DNA from: Selaginella moellendorffii
Lineage: Eukaryota > Plantae > Lycopodiophyta
Reading direction: 5' to 3'
DNA length: 64,000 bases
Assembly: GCF_000143415.4 (NCBI RefSeq)
Contig: NW_003314302.1
Coordinates: 1,057,820 to 1,121,819, forward strand
The notes under the pieces were generated by a model. The model was not told the DNA's origin. It worked only from the letters and a program-made list of their open reading frames with translations, and searched no databases. Every line of letters begins with the position of its first letter. The first letter of the stretch is position 1. A program made the position numbers and the translations under genes. Below are positions 22,740 through 33,873 of the stretch, in pieces.

Positions 22740-23710
22740 TAAGCAAATATCTTTTGCCTTTGTCATTCCTCGGGAGCAGGATGCTCTTGTCCAAGGCAAG
22801 GATTTCTCACTGTGGAAGAAACTTATTGAGGCATGTCTGTGGAGTGCATTTGCACCTACCTTAGCCATGGGATCTTACTCAAGTCAGACATGGAGCAAGG
22901 AGCAAGGAGCTGACCATCTCTGGAAATGGCTGAAGGACATGTATATGGCAAAACGTCTGATTTGGAAGTGATGAGGCTTCATTCAGTCTTGGACGCTTTC
23001 ATCTTTGAAGATGGTGGGGATATACAACAGCGGGATTCTTTGAGTAGGTTTTCTCAAGGCAAGGAACACAAGGTTCTAACTAGAGCTGGACCTCCTCGTT
23101 TGACGAGGCAGCAATGAAGCTCATGAACACTTCTCAGCTGCATAAGGAATGCTCAAACTTATGAGGTACACCATGCCATGTTTGCAAAAAGGTTAAAGAT
23201 GAGCTCTACCCGTGGAGGCTGTGGGAGGCCAGACATGACTGGAGGCTGTCATGGGTGAGGAGGGCGTACCTCCTATAGTGGTAGATCTACCACACAGCAA
23301 CATGGAGGACGTCCTGACAGGACGTTTTGCAGTGGTCAAGATGCTAATCGTGAACCGATGCGTGTGGTCGAGAATCATATTTGGCTGAACCGGTTCTCAT
23401 GCGAACCACCTTTTGCCAAACCAGTTTGGCCAGGTCCGGGGTGATGTTGCACGAAATGGCCAAGATGGTGTGGTTGTTTTTTGTAAATTGGATTCTTTGG
23501 TCGGCACTGAAGTTTTTGAATTGGTTTTAAGCTAGATTCTAGTTTTAAGGTTTTGCAAAAGGAGGGGCGCGGCAGGAAAATCTGGTTTTGGAACCTATGG
23601 GTAATTCTTTCGGATAATCAATCTGCTATTGCTCTTTCAGAAATTAGAGATATTACAAAGCATATATGGGAGGATCAGATTGCTGATTTATTCACAACGC
23701 TTGGAGTGTG
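22740..23710 (+). mobile_element. Collapsed copia remnant (gag joined to RNase H)
   Basis: LWKWLK..YGKTSDLEVMRL gag-like piece; SDNQSAIAL..TKHI..DQIADLFT RNase H piece; inverted copy at 44745-45660. Confidence 0.7.
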
Positions 23711-23713
23711 AAC

Positions 23714-23890
23714 CGTACCTTATGCTTGGTTCTAGGGAACTGGCATGCTTTTTATATATCCTTCAACGGGAAGAACTTTAAACCACCAACCTACAGAAAA
23801 TCGAATTATGTGGTTTTTGACTCTGGTACGAAAAGTTCAATCAGCTTTAACAGCCAATCATCCAAGAATCAATTACTTTGAGACGGAGTT
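23714..23890 (+). pseudogene. Aspartic protease gene fragment
   Basis: PYLMLGSREL..FNGKNFKPPTYRKSNYVVFDSGTKS matches the 32580-33873 gene. Confidence 0.8.
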
Positions 23891-24888
23891 GTGCTTCACG
23901 GCTTCAAACAACTTGCGGTCCAACTGCCATGGCCTCACAGGAAGCGTCTTACTGGCGTGTAGCAATGGAAGCCGAGATTTCTTCACAGCACAAGAACGAG
24001 AGACATGTTCTTGTTTCTACTGTGCCTTCCAATAGCCAGGCGCGATTTGTGGCGAAAGGATGCTCGCAAGTTCCTGGACTTGACTACAACGACACCTTCG
24101 CTTCAATGGTTAAGCATTCTACTCTTCGTTCCTTGATTAATTTTGCTGCGGTGGGAGACTTTGATCTGGAACAGATGTGACCACAGCGTTTCTTTATGGC
24201 GAGCTTGAAGAAGAAATCTATATGGCACAGCCAGAAGGATTTCTAGCCGCTGGAAAAGAGGATCATCTCTGGCTTCTCAAGAAAGCTGTCTACGGCTTGA
24301 AACAAGCACCGGTACAAACGCTTTGATGATTTTATACTAAGTGTGGCCTTTCCCGTAGCGAGGCAGGCCCGAATCTTTATATTTGGGTGGACGGTGAATC
24401 ATTTGTGATCATCGCTCTTTATGTTGATGATACTCTTGTCACCCATAATCATCGCTTACTGTTTCTCCAGGATAAGCGAGATCTTTGCAGCCAATTCGAG
24501 ATGAAAACTCTTGGCTAGGCTTCCTACTTTCTTGGCATGGAACTTGTGCGTGATTGCTCTCAACGCATCACCAAGCCAAGTATATAGAAGAGATGCTGGC
24601 CAGGTTTTCTATGACGAGCTCTAATCCAGTGGCGACACCAATGGAACCAGGCTGCCAACTTTCCCGAGCCATGTCGCCTGAGACAGAGGACGACAAGAGA
24701 GCCATGGACTCCATCCCTTACAGACAAGCTGTTGGCAGCCTCATGTATCCAGCTGTTTGTAGGCACCCAGATATTTCTTTTGCCGTGAGCAAAGTTAGCC
24801 AATTCCTGGCTAATTCTGGATCTCAACATTGGGCAGCGGTAAAACGCATCGTCAGGTACCTTTGTGGTACTACTTACCTTGGATTGTG

Positions 24889-27800
24889 CTACCAGGGAAA
24901 AGAGCTTACCCTCACGGTGCTGATTTTGGGGGAGACTGTGACACACGCAAGTCCACCTCTGGCTATGGCAGTCTCATGGTGCAGCAGGAAGCAAAGTACA
25001 GTGGCAACTTCTATCACTGAAGCAGAATATTTGGCAGCCTCACAAGCTACCAAAGAAGGTGTGTGGCTACGCTCACTACTTTCTAACCTTGGTGTGAGTG
25101 TGCTCTCAACACTCCCACTGGCACTGTGGCCATCACGAGTGATGCTCATCAGTGGAGAAAGTCCCAGCCCTTCGCGATGGACTTGAAATCGATATCGGGG
25201 TAGTGCTTTTGTGAAGATATCTGCAACCTGAGTGGTTGTGTCGCAGTAGATCAGCTCAATTGTGCCATCTTCCACTTTCTCACGAACAAAATGATGATGA
25301 ATCCCAAAGTGTTTGGTGCGTGAATGAAAGCGAGGATTGGCCGCTAACGCAATGCAGCTTTGATTGTCGCAGAAGAGGCGAGTGGGAGTCTTCACACTCA
25401 CACCAAGGTTAGAAAGTAGTGAGCGTAACCACACACCTTCTTTGGTAGCTTGTGAGGCTGCCAAATATTCTGCTTCAGTACTAGAGGTTGCCACGGTACT
25501 TTGCTTCCTGCTGCACCACGAGACTGTCGCACTACCCAGGGAAAACGAATAGCCAGAGGTGGACTTGCGTGTGTCACAGTCTCCCCCAAAATCAGCATCA
25601 CAGTACCCCGTGAGGGTAAGCGCTTTTCCCTGGTAGCACAATCCAAGGTAAGTAGTACCTCGAAGGTACCTGAAGATGCGTTTCACCGCTGCCCAATGTT
25701 GAGATCCAGGATTAGCCAGGAATTGGCTAACTTTGCTCACGGCAAAAGAAATATCTGGGTGTGTACAAACAGCTGGATACATGAGACTGCCAACAGCTTG
25801 TCTGTAAGGGATGGAGTCCATGGCTCTCTTGTCGTCCTCTGTCTCAGGAGACATGGCTTGTGAAAGCTGGCAGCCTAGTTCCATTGGTGTCGCCACTGGA
25901 TTAGAGCTCGTCATAGAAAACCTGGCCAGCATATCTTCTATATACTTGGCTTGGTGAAGATAGATAGTGCGTTGAGAGCGATCATGCACAAGTTCCATGC
26001 CAAGAAAGTAGGAAGCCGAGCCAAGAGTTTTCATCTCAAATTGGCTGCAAAGATCTCGCTTAACCTGGAGAAACATTAAGCGATGATTATGGATGACAAG
26101 AGTATCATCAACATAAAGAGCGATGATCACAAATGATTCACCCTCCACCCCAATATAAAGATTCGGGTCTGCCTCGCTATGGGAAAAGCCCACACTTAGT
26201 ATAAAATCGTCAAAGCGTTTGTACCAAGATCTGGGTGCTTGTTTCAAGCCGTAGACTGCTTTCTTGAGAAGCCAGAGATGATCCTCTTTTCCAGCGGCTA
26301 GAAATCCTTCTGGCTGTGCCATATAGATTTCTTCTTCAAGCGCACCATAAAGGAACGCCGTGGTCACATCCATCTGTTCCAGATCAAAGTCTCCCACCGC
26401 AGCAAAATTAATCAAGGAATGAAGAGTAGAATGCTTAACCACTGGAGCGAAGGTGTCGTTGTAGTCAAGTCCAGGAACTTGCGAGCATCCTTTCGCCACC
26501 AATCGCGCCTTGTAGCGAACCGAGCCATCAGGATTAAGCTTCAGAGCATACACCCACATGCTCTTGATAATCTGGCGATTGGAAGGCACAGTTGGAACAA
26601 GAACATGTGTCTCGTTCTTTTGCTGTGAAGCAATCTCGGCTTCCATTGCTACACGCCAGTAAGACGCTTCCTGTGAGGCCATGGCTTCTCCATAGGTCCT
26701 CGGAACAGTAGGAGTCCCAGCTGCACGAGAGGAGACCATTGTCTCGATGAGACGCTCAGTAGGCCGCCTTGTGCGGATCGATCTGCGTAGAGGATCTGGA
26801 GGAGGCGGCGGGGTTGGTGGTGTTGGAGTAGAAGCGGGCATAGATTGTTGCATAGGGACTGTTTGAAGCGGCACAGTGATCGTGCCGACAGTCAACTGAT
26901 CTTGTTCCGCTTCAACGTCATTTTCTTCGGTCAAGGTAGGTCTGGAAGTAGAACCTTGACTAGAAGGAAGAAACGAATTCTCGTTGAAAACCACATCTCT
27001 GCTCAGGATCTCCTGCTTCGTGATTGGATTCCAGAGACGATAGGCTTTGTGATCGAGGCTGTAGCCCACAAACACAGCCTTCTGGCTCTTGGGGTCCAAT
27101 TTCTTGCGCATTCCATCAGGGATGTGAGCCCACGCTTCACACCCGAATATTCTCAGATGCGTAACTGTACGTTTCTTGCCACTCCATGCTTCTTCAGGAG
27201 TGATGTCAGCAAGGGCAGAGGTGGGGAGCCGGTTCTGGAGATAGTTCGCCGTCAAGACAGCGTGAAACCAGAAGCTGCGAGGCAAACCACTGGAAAGTAG
27301 CATTGCCCGAGCACTCTCCACTAGTGTGCGATTCTTGCGCTCAGCTACGCCATTCTGTTGTGGAGTCTCTCGCGTTGTAAGTTCTCGCACAATCCCTCCT
27401 TGCTCACACAGCTGGTTGAAAGCATTGGAAGTGAATTCGCCTCCACCATCACTTCTCAATCGCTTGAGCATTTTCCCAGTTTGTGTTTCTCCCATATCCT
27501 TGAAAGTCTGGAAGTAGTGTAACGATTGGGATTTGCGAGCCATAGGGTAGATCATAGTGCGACGACTGTAGTCATCAATGAAACTGATAAAGTATTGGAT
27601 ACCTCCCACTGCTGTGGTGGCCATCGGGCCACACACATCAGTGTGTACAAGTTCCATGAGCTCTGTAGCTCGAGATGCTCCAGTCTTGGGGAAAGGTTGG
27701 CGAGTAGATTTTCCTAGCTGACAGCCCTGGCAAAATGGAAGAACGGCTCTTGGGTCCAGGTCTATACCTTCAACCATCTGCTCGCGTGCGAGCTGCTTGA

Positions 27801-27930
27801 TTCTATCAGCACTAGGATGCCCCAGGCGTGCGTGCCAAAGCTCCAGTGAGTGACTGGTCGTTGTCTTTTGTGCGTGTAGGCCCAGACTCCGTCCAGCAAG
27901 ATCTGGCAGCATGGTAAGGCGGTAGAGGTC
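24889..27930 (-). CDS. pol: Copia pol (GAG-pre-integrase, integrase, RT, RNase H); reads through into inverted host sequence
   Basis: WHARLGH, HTDVCGP, SDGGGEF, YKARLVAKG, LYVDD, DADF, EAEY, ADIFTK; separated from the gag-PR ORF by a frameshift at ~27937. Confidence 0.92.
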   Translation of the reverse strand, partial: DLYRLTMLPDLAGRSLGLHAQKTTTSHSLELWHARLGHPSADRIKQLAREQMVEGIDLDPRAVLPFCQGCQLGKSTRQPFPKTGASRATELMELVHTDVCGPMATTAVGGIQYFISFIDDYSRRTMIYPMARKSQSLHYFQTFKDMGETQTGKMLKRLRSDGGGEFTSNAFNQLCEQGGIVRELTTRETPQQNGVAERKNRTLVESARAMLLSSGLPRSFWFHAVLTANYLQNRLPTSALADITPEEAWSGKKRTVTHLRIFGCEAWAHIPDGMRKKLDPKSQKAVFVGYSLDHKAYRLWNPITKQEILSRDVVFNENSFLPSSQGSTSRPTLTEENDVEAEQDQLTVGTITVPLQTVPMQQSMPASTPTPPTPPPPPDPLRRSIRTRRPTERLIETMVSSRAAGTPTVPRTYGEAMASQEASYWRVAMEAEIASQQKNETHVLVPTVPSNRQIIKSMWVYALKLNPDGSVRYKARLVAKGCSQVPGLDYNDTFAPVVKHSTLHSLINFAAVGDFDLEQMDVTTAFLYGALEEEIYMAQPEGFLAAGKEDHLWLLKKAVYGLKQAPRSWYKRFDDFILSVGFSHSEADPNLYIGVEGESFVIIALYVDDTLVIHNHRLMFLQVKRDLCSQFEMKTLGSASYFLGMELVHDRSQRTIYLHQAKYIEDMLARFSMTSSNPVATPMELGCQLSQAMSPETEDDKRAMDSIPYRQAVGSLMYPAVCTHPDISFAVSKVSQFLANPGSQHWAAVKRIFRYLRGTTYLGLCYQGKALTLTGYCDADFGGDCDTRKSTSGYSFSLGSATVSWCSRKQSTVATSSTEAEYLAASQATKEGVWLRSLLSNLGVSVKTPTRLFCDNQSCIALAANPRFHSRTKHFGIHHHFVREKVEDGTIELIYCDTTTQVADIFTKALPRYRFQVHREGLGLSPLMSITRDGHSASGSVESTLTPRLESSERSHTPSLVACEAAKYSASVIEVATVLCFLLHHETAIARGGLACVTVSPKISTVRVSSFPW

Positions 27931-27936
27931 AGCCGT

Positions 27937-29162
27937 CCAGGCCGGGACGCTGTGAGGATGGCTCCTGTGGTCGAGATCAGCTGGAATTGGCGAGGTGTAA
28001 TGGCGAACTGATACCCATCCTCAGCAAATTGTCCCACAGAGAACAAATTAGCACATAAACCAGGAATATAAAGAACCTCGTGGATCTTTACGACTATTCC
28101 TTGTGGTAAAGTGAACTTGATGGTTCCAATTCCTTTCACAGCAAGCTGCTGGGCATTGCCAACGATGACATACTCCTCTGTGGCTGTAGGATCATAGGCT
28201 TCAAAGTACTTATCACTGTTGAACATATGGTCTGTAGCAGCAGAATCCAGGTAGATGCACTCTGTAGACAGTGCTGCCACTGCCATAGCTCGTGACAAGA
28301 TGAAGGCGTGTACCACCTTTTTCTTTGCATTGTTCCTTACAGGCTTGAGAGATGGATTTTTCACCCAGCATTGAGCTTCGTCATGGCCTTTCTTGTTGCA
28401 ATGAGAACACTTGGGCTTCTTGGATGAAGAGGCTCCTTGTTTCCCTTTGTTCACTGTTTCTTTCCTGAGAGAAGAGTAGAATGCAACGGCCTCTGATCCT
28501 GCTGTTGCTCTTCGTCTCAGATCATCGTCCTGGAGGCTACTGATCACGCCATTCAGGGTTAGAGGAGTTCCAGTGGTAGTGAGGCTACGTATGAGAGGAT
28601 CAAAGGATGGAGGAAGTGTGACGAGCACCAGCTCTGCTTCTTCTTCATCCTCTATGTTTGCTCCCACATCCTTAAGATCATCTAAGATTGTTCTCGCTGC
28701 AGCAAGATGATCCTTGAGGTCGTCCCCTTCAGCCATCACCAGTGCATGAAGCTGCTTCCGTAAAAAGATGCGATGGGATGTTGAAGGGATCTGGTAAGTT
28801 TGCTTCATGGCCTCCCACGCTTCCTTTGCACTCTTGCACCGTCCAATGCAATGGAATTCTCGCCCCTCCAGCGCTGCATGGAATTTGCCCAAAGCTCTCC
28901 GGTCCTTCTTGCGATACTTCGCAGTTTCATCCACTGTAGCTGTATCTGGAAGTGTCTCAGTTCCTGTGGTGATGTCCCAGAGGCCTCGTTCATCCATATA
29001 GGATTCGAATTTTGTCTTCCAGAAGCGCCAGTTCCTCCCATCAAATTTTGGTGGATTTGCGTCCACTGAAACGATATCCGCTGTAGGCACAGTCGGATTT
29101 GTGATGGGAGGGGAAATAGGTGGTGGATTTGGAGGGACATTTGTAGGAACAGTGGCTGCCAT
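27937..29162 (-). CDS. gag: Copia gag-protease
   Basis: PKFDGRNWRFWK, CSHCNKKGHDEAQC knuckle, YLDSAATDHM protease; ATG at 29162. Confidence 0.9.
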
Positions 29163-29211
29163 GGGTGCCGACACCCAATCCCACCACTCGTTCAAGTCTA
29201 GGTCCAGGTTC

Positions 29212-29352
29212 TTAGTCGTCCAGTGCCTCTTGCAAGGCCTGGAGCGCTTGGATTAGGGCACGCCTCTGTCTACGTAGACGGAGGCTCCGATTCACCCTAG
29301 CAAGTGTCGCCCTGATCCTACGGTTTCGAATTCTTCTCGCTCTCCTATGCAT
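29212..29352 (-). CDS. 46-aa Arg-rich uORF immediately after the PBS
   Basis: MHRRARRIRNRRIRATLARVNRSLRLRRQRRALIQALQALQEALDD*. Confidence 0.4.
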   Translation of the reverse strand: MHRRARRIRNRRIRATLARVNRSLRLRRQRRALIQALQALQEALDD

Positions 29353-29959
29353 TGCTCCGATACCATCTAACGAAAGGTGAAACCGTGTGATGGTGCTCAA
29401 GATCCGTCATAGCATATATGGAATGGAAAATGTACATATGTGTGACGTGGTGAACTGGTGAAGACTCGTGTCTCTCCAAGTGGACTAGCCACGTGGCACA
29501 GGGCCACTCTCAACAAGTGGCAACTTCTATCACTGAAGCAGAATATTTGGCAGCCTCACAAGCTACCAAAGAAGGTGTGTGGCTACGCTCACTACTTTCT
29601 AACCTTGGTGTGGGTGTGAAGACTCCCACTCGCCTCTTCTGCGACAATCAAAGTTGCATTGCGTTAGCGGCCAATCCTTGCTTTCATTCACGCACCAAAC
29701 ACTTTGGGATTCATCATCATTTTGTTCGTGAGAAAGTGGAAGATGGCACAATTGAGCTGATATACTGCTATACGACCACTCAGGTTGCAGATATATTCAC
29801 AAAAGCACTACCATTGCGAAGGGCTGGGACTTTCTCCAGTGCGTGCCACGTGGCTAGTCCACGTGGAGAGACGTGTCACACATATGTACATTTCCATTCC
29901 AAGGATCTTGAGCACCATCACACGGTTTCACCTTTCATTAGATGCAGTTGGTCAGGTCT

Positions 29960-30600
29960 CTCAGTTTCTAAACTAGCTTGTTGTCAAATGTCTCTTTCAC
30001 TACTTCAAGGGAACTAAAACGTTTGCTCTTCACCAACATCAGGATATGTTTTCTCTCCGGGCACTGGTGCAGTCACTTGACAGACAACCATTGCTCTTTC
30101 GTCAACAGAGGTCGCAGTTGCAGCTAAGAAGTGCATTTGGTTACATTAGCTTTTAAATGGACTCAGCTATTTTCAGCAAACACCGACACTTATCTACTGT
30201 GACAACCTCAGAGCGATAGGCATACCAAATATATAGAAGTACAATTTCACTTCATACGAGATTAAGTGACCCAGCAGGCTCTCGAGCTCATGCATTTTCC
30301 CACAAGAGACCAAGTCATTGATATCTTCACGATGGCTCTACCACCGAAGGCTCTTGTTCCAGAAGCATGCCAATGCAAGAAACCTCCACTTTTATGCTTG
30401 GGTGGGAGTGTTAGAATATCCATTGTTGTGGATATTTGAGGGAGCTCTCCAGATGTTCTAGAGTCTTCCAGAGGCTTCTAGAGAAGCAGTTAGCTGGTAG
30501 CAGCTCTAAGTAGTTATTGGTAGCTCACATATGTAGCTTCATTTCTTTCATATATGCAAGGTGTGTTCTTCTTCTCAAAAAGAGCCCCTCCAAAGAAATA
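29960..30600 (+). mobile_element. Older copia RNase H remnant with PPT and start of an LTR
   Basis: STSGYVF-like, TIALSSTE, IYCDNL, TKYIEV motifs; GGGTGGGAG-TGTTAGAA at ~30400-30416. Confidence 0.7.
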
Positions 30601-30619
30601 AGAGAACCTTTGGGAGTTA

Positions 30620-30885
30620 AGGTAAAGTATTTCTCTCTAATTTTTATTTAATTCCTATTTTATACCATTTCTTAAAGCTTAAATTTTCTTCTTTTCCTTT
30701 CAGGTGATTATAACATGTTGTTATGGAACTCAGGTACGGAAGACGTTCGTGGAGGCTACCACGTCATACGAGCAACCACAAACGTTTATTTTAGTCATTC
30801 CATCAAGAAACCAAATTCGATTACAGTGGAATTTGGTCAAAAAATGTTGACCAATTGAAGTTCGTTGAAGTTAATCTTGACTAAT
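30620..30885 (+). pseudogene. EUL lectin fragment (intron remnant plus last exon)
   Basis: LLWNSGTEDVRGGYHVIRATTNV matches 54174-54383 in the opposite orientation. Confidence 0.75.
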
Positions 30886-31371
30886 TCTGGAATCTGGACT
30901 CCTCGTCTCCGTCTTTCATTCTTTGCTAGATTCGTTTTGGGGGCGTGCTCGGGTCATACTGCCTTGTCAAGGCACGGCGCGCTAATTGAAAGAGGACAGA
31001 AGTGGTGTATTTTTTCTTTCACATCTCTAGATGATTGCGTGCTGCACTAGGGCCGGAGCGCCACAGCAGCGGCGCAGTGTGATATGTGCGTTCTAATTTT
31101 TTACTTCCACTGGAATTTTCAGGCAGCCAAAGAGCGAGGAACTCGGAGATGGTGAAGATGCGCCAGCGTCGTCAGAGTGACGAGCTTTCGAGGCTGAGGG
31201 ACGTGCCCACGAAGGCACAGCCAATAGCGATTCACCAAATCTGATTAGTTTGTTTTTTCCTTCTACCTACCAGTTTGCAAACTAAAACAAACTCTTGATT
31301 AAATTCAACGAAAGCCAAAACTACGCAGAGAAAATCAGACAAATAAGGTTTATCAACACATAAACAGGGGA

Positions 31372-32153
31372 TCAAATCGCTTTTGTTAACAAAATCATCT
31401 TCGCAATCCAGTCTGTAGCCAGAATCTCTTCCACCTTCAAGCTTGCCAATGGGAATGGAACAATCTCTTTTGCTTTAAGACATAAGCTTGGATCACGGGG
31501 AGCCTCGTACGCTGCTAAAATCTCTGCAAACCCATCAGCTGGAGTCAAGAAACCATCACAATCTCTACTGAGTTGAACCTCATGAAGATTGGTAGTAAAC
31601 AAAAGCTTGGCTAAACTCGCTGAAGTCGATCCTCCCATCCTTGTTTGCATCTTGCACATTGTACAACACATTTGCAATTTTCTGCCGTTGTTGCCCTTAA
31701 TCCTCTCTGGGCTCAGGCAGTTCTTGAACTCCACCCAGTTAAGAACCCCATCACCATTTTCATCACAGGCATTGTAATAGGATTGATGATAGTGTTCTGG
31801 CAATAGGAAGCCAAAGTTTTTGTATGGGATTGCACTCGGTAGCATCATCATCTTCCAATCCAGATAATCCATGGCATACTCGAACCAGCCCAAAACACCA
31901 TCCTTGTTTCTGTCTTTGCGTTGCCAGATGAATTCGTCGAGAATTGCATGCGGCTTATCAAGCCAAACATCAGCTTGCAATATTGCCATCTCTATTTACG
32001 TCCATCTCATCAAGGTATTTTCAAGCAGTCACCCTTTCGAGCTCAGTCGTAAATTACGATAATAAGGACCTTCCCTTGCTGCAACATCAACATAACTGAT
32101 CTTGTTATTTTACATTCCTTGAGTAACCATGGCCATCACCACAATCAAATCCA
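31372..32153 (-). pseudogene. Calumenin-like EF-hand copy B (deletions, frameshifts)
   Basis: Paralog of copy A with a frameshift at LQM|CCT and several deletions. Confidence 0.85.
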
Positions 32154-32255
32154 TACAGGGTTACTCGGCATAAAACCAAATGGCCGTTTCAACACAATTA
32201 GAACTAGCAATCTATTTAATGGAATTTATTTTCCAATAGTTAATACATGTTTTTA

Positions 32256-32565
32256 GGGCTCGCAGCTCTGGGCACAGGCCCTGAGCATCGAGTTCCAGGA
32301 CACGAGTGCCATGCCGGCATGGCATTGCGCCAGCGTGGTGGAATCCAGCGGATTGGAGCGTGGCAGCGAGAAGGATCGTCCAGGAGTAGACATTGCGATC
32401 GATGATCCTTTCGAAGGCAGCGCGGGCGTCTTGGATGCTGCCACAGTCGCCATACATTCTCACCAGGAGATTGCCCAGGTAGGTGTGGCGATCCCGTGCA
32501 GGTCCCTAGCGTCTACACTCGCGGATTCTTGAGGCATGTACATTCTTTCTAACCTGAAGTTCATT
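32256..32565 (-). pseudogene. 5' fragment duplicate of the PPR gene at 8008-10188
   Basis: RMYGDCGSIQDARAAFERIIDRNVYSWTILLAATLQSAGFHHAGA is identical to the PPR N-terminus. Confidence 0.9.
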
Positions 32566-32579
32566 CCATATTAAGCTTG

Positions 32580-33873
32580 TTAAGGACAAGAAGATTCAGC
32601 AAATGACAGTTCATACTCCTCCAGATCATATACAATCATATGATCTCGCTGCATTGCGTAGCCAAAGATCCCCATGATTGCATCGCCCTCTTCGTCCTTG
32701 ATTTCTAAGGATGCTAGCTCAGGACAATAAAACTCATGCAGCTGCATTGTGATGAAGTTTAGTTGTTTAACCTGGTTTAAGAAGAAAAAGAAAGAGTTTC
32801 AAAGCAATAAAAATGGATGGGTCTTTTGAACTTACAGTAAAATCGCCACCCTCGAAGTGAAACGTGATTGGATTGAATCGTGGTCGGGGTGTATACTGCC
32901 GTTGCCCATCTGGGGCGTAGCATCCACGCCCCGTTTTCACGTAGCCCAAGTCCGTCTCAAAGTACTTATTGATTTCTTGGATGATTGGCTGGTAAAGCTG
33001 ATTGATCAGAAATGTACTTTTCGTACCGGAGTCAAAAACCACATAATTTGATTTTCTGTAGGTTGGTGGTCTAAAGTTCTTCCCGTTAAAAGATATAGAT
33101 AGCAACTGGATCATATACTGTCTATCTGGTCTTGCTCGCATTTGGTTATAACTCCATTCTCCCAATTCTCTAGAACCAAGCATAAGGTACGGTGTGTCTG
33201 CTAAACGATCTAAGTACACTAATCCCTCATACCTATCAGTCAGGCAATAAGCAAATTTTCTGATCTGAAACTCATGTACCAGACCAAGTGTCCCTTGGGC
33301 AAACCCGACAATGCCATTTATCGCTGTCCAGTCTAGAGAGCCAAAGTTTTCCAGCCCTGTTCCTGCCCCTAACTTAATAAATCTAGCATCCCTCTGTTCT
33401 GGATCATCTGTTTCCAATTCCATCAAATCTTCAACCATAATCCCTGTAACTGAGTGATTTCCCATGTAGGACACCTTAAATTTGCATTGGTTGTTGTTAG
33501 TGCATTTGAAGGTTAAACCTGGGGGGCATTCGGCGCACCTCATAACTGTCCAGGAAGAGGATTCTTCTACAGATCTGTGGATCCAGGTTAGAAGGCTTCC
33601 TGTGTCGAAGATCAGGGTTTCCATTTTGGCATTTCCCATGGTGCCACGCTTCAGGTGCATCACCAGCGGATTGCTTTGGACAGGAATTGGCACACGGTCC
33701 ACGATCGCCAATGCCCGAAGGTGGTCCTGCTCTGGATTGTGAACAGAGGCATTTGTGGCTGGCCGGATTGGAATAGGTGTCCTCTTTGCAGCTGTAAAAA
33801 GGAAGAGGAAGAAAAGTAGACACAAAAGTCTGGAAGAGGTGTGCTCGAGATTTAGAGCCGAGGAGGAAGCCAT
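32580..33873 (-). CDS. Secreted/anchored A1 (pepsin/nepenthesin-like) aspartic protease
   Basis: ATG 33873; hydrophobic LLCLLFFLFLF; catalytic FDTGS and FDSGT; 64-bp intron 32835-32772; last exon ..GIFGYAMQRDHMIVYDLEEYELSFAESSCP*. Confidence 0.85.

Larger units (their letters stand above)
25103..29515 (-). mobile_element. Near-intact Ty1/copia element, inverted, 3' LTR reduced to 9 bp
   Basis: 5' LTR 29515-29366 (150 bp); PBS TGGTATCGGAGC 29365-29354 (tRNA-iMet type); PPT AGTGGGAG 25119-25112 followed by TGTTGAGAG only. Confidence 0.95.
23890..29942 (+). mobile_element. Degenerate host copia (RT-RNase H 23890-25102, resuming 29516-29942 with a deleted 3' LTR)
   Basis: ARFVAKG, YVDD, YRQAVGSLMY, EAEY and DNQSCI..RTKH motifs; near-identical to the inverted element nested within it. 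Confidence 0.88.

Noticed and set aside
27920-27950. Frameshift between copia gag-PR and pol as programmed recoding
   Set aside because: It falls after the protease, has no slippery motif, and copia normally has one ORF; likely an indel or sequencing error.
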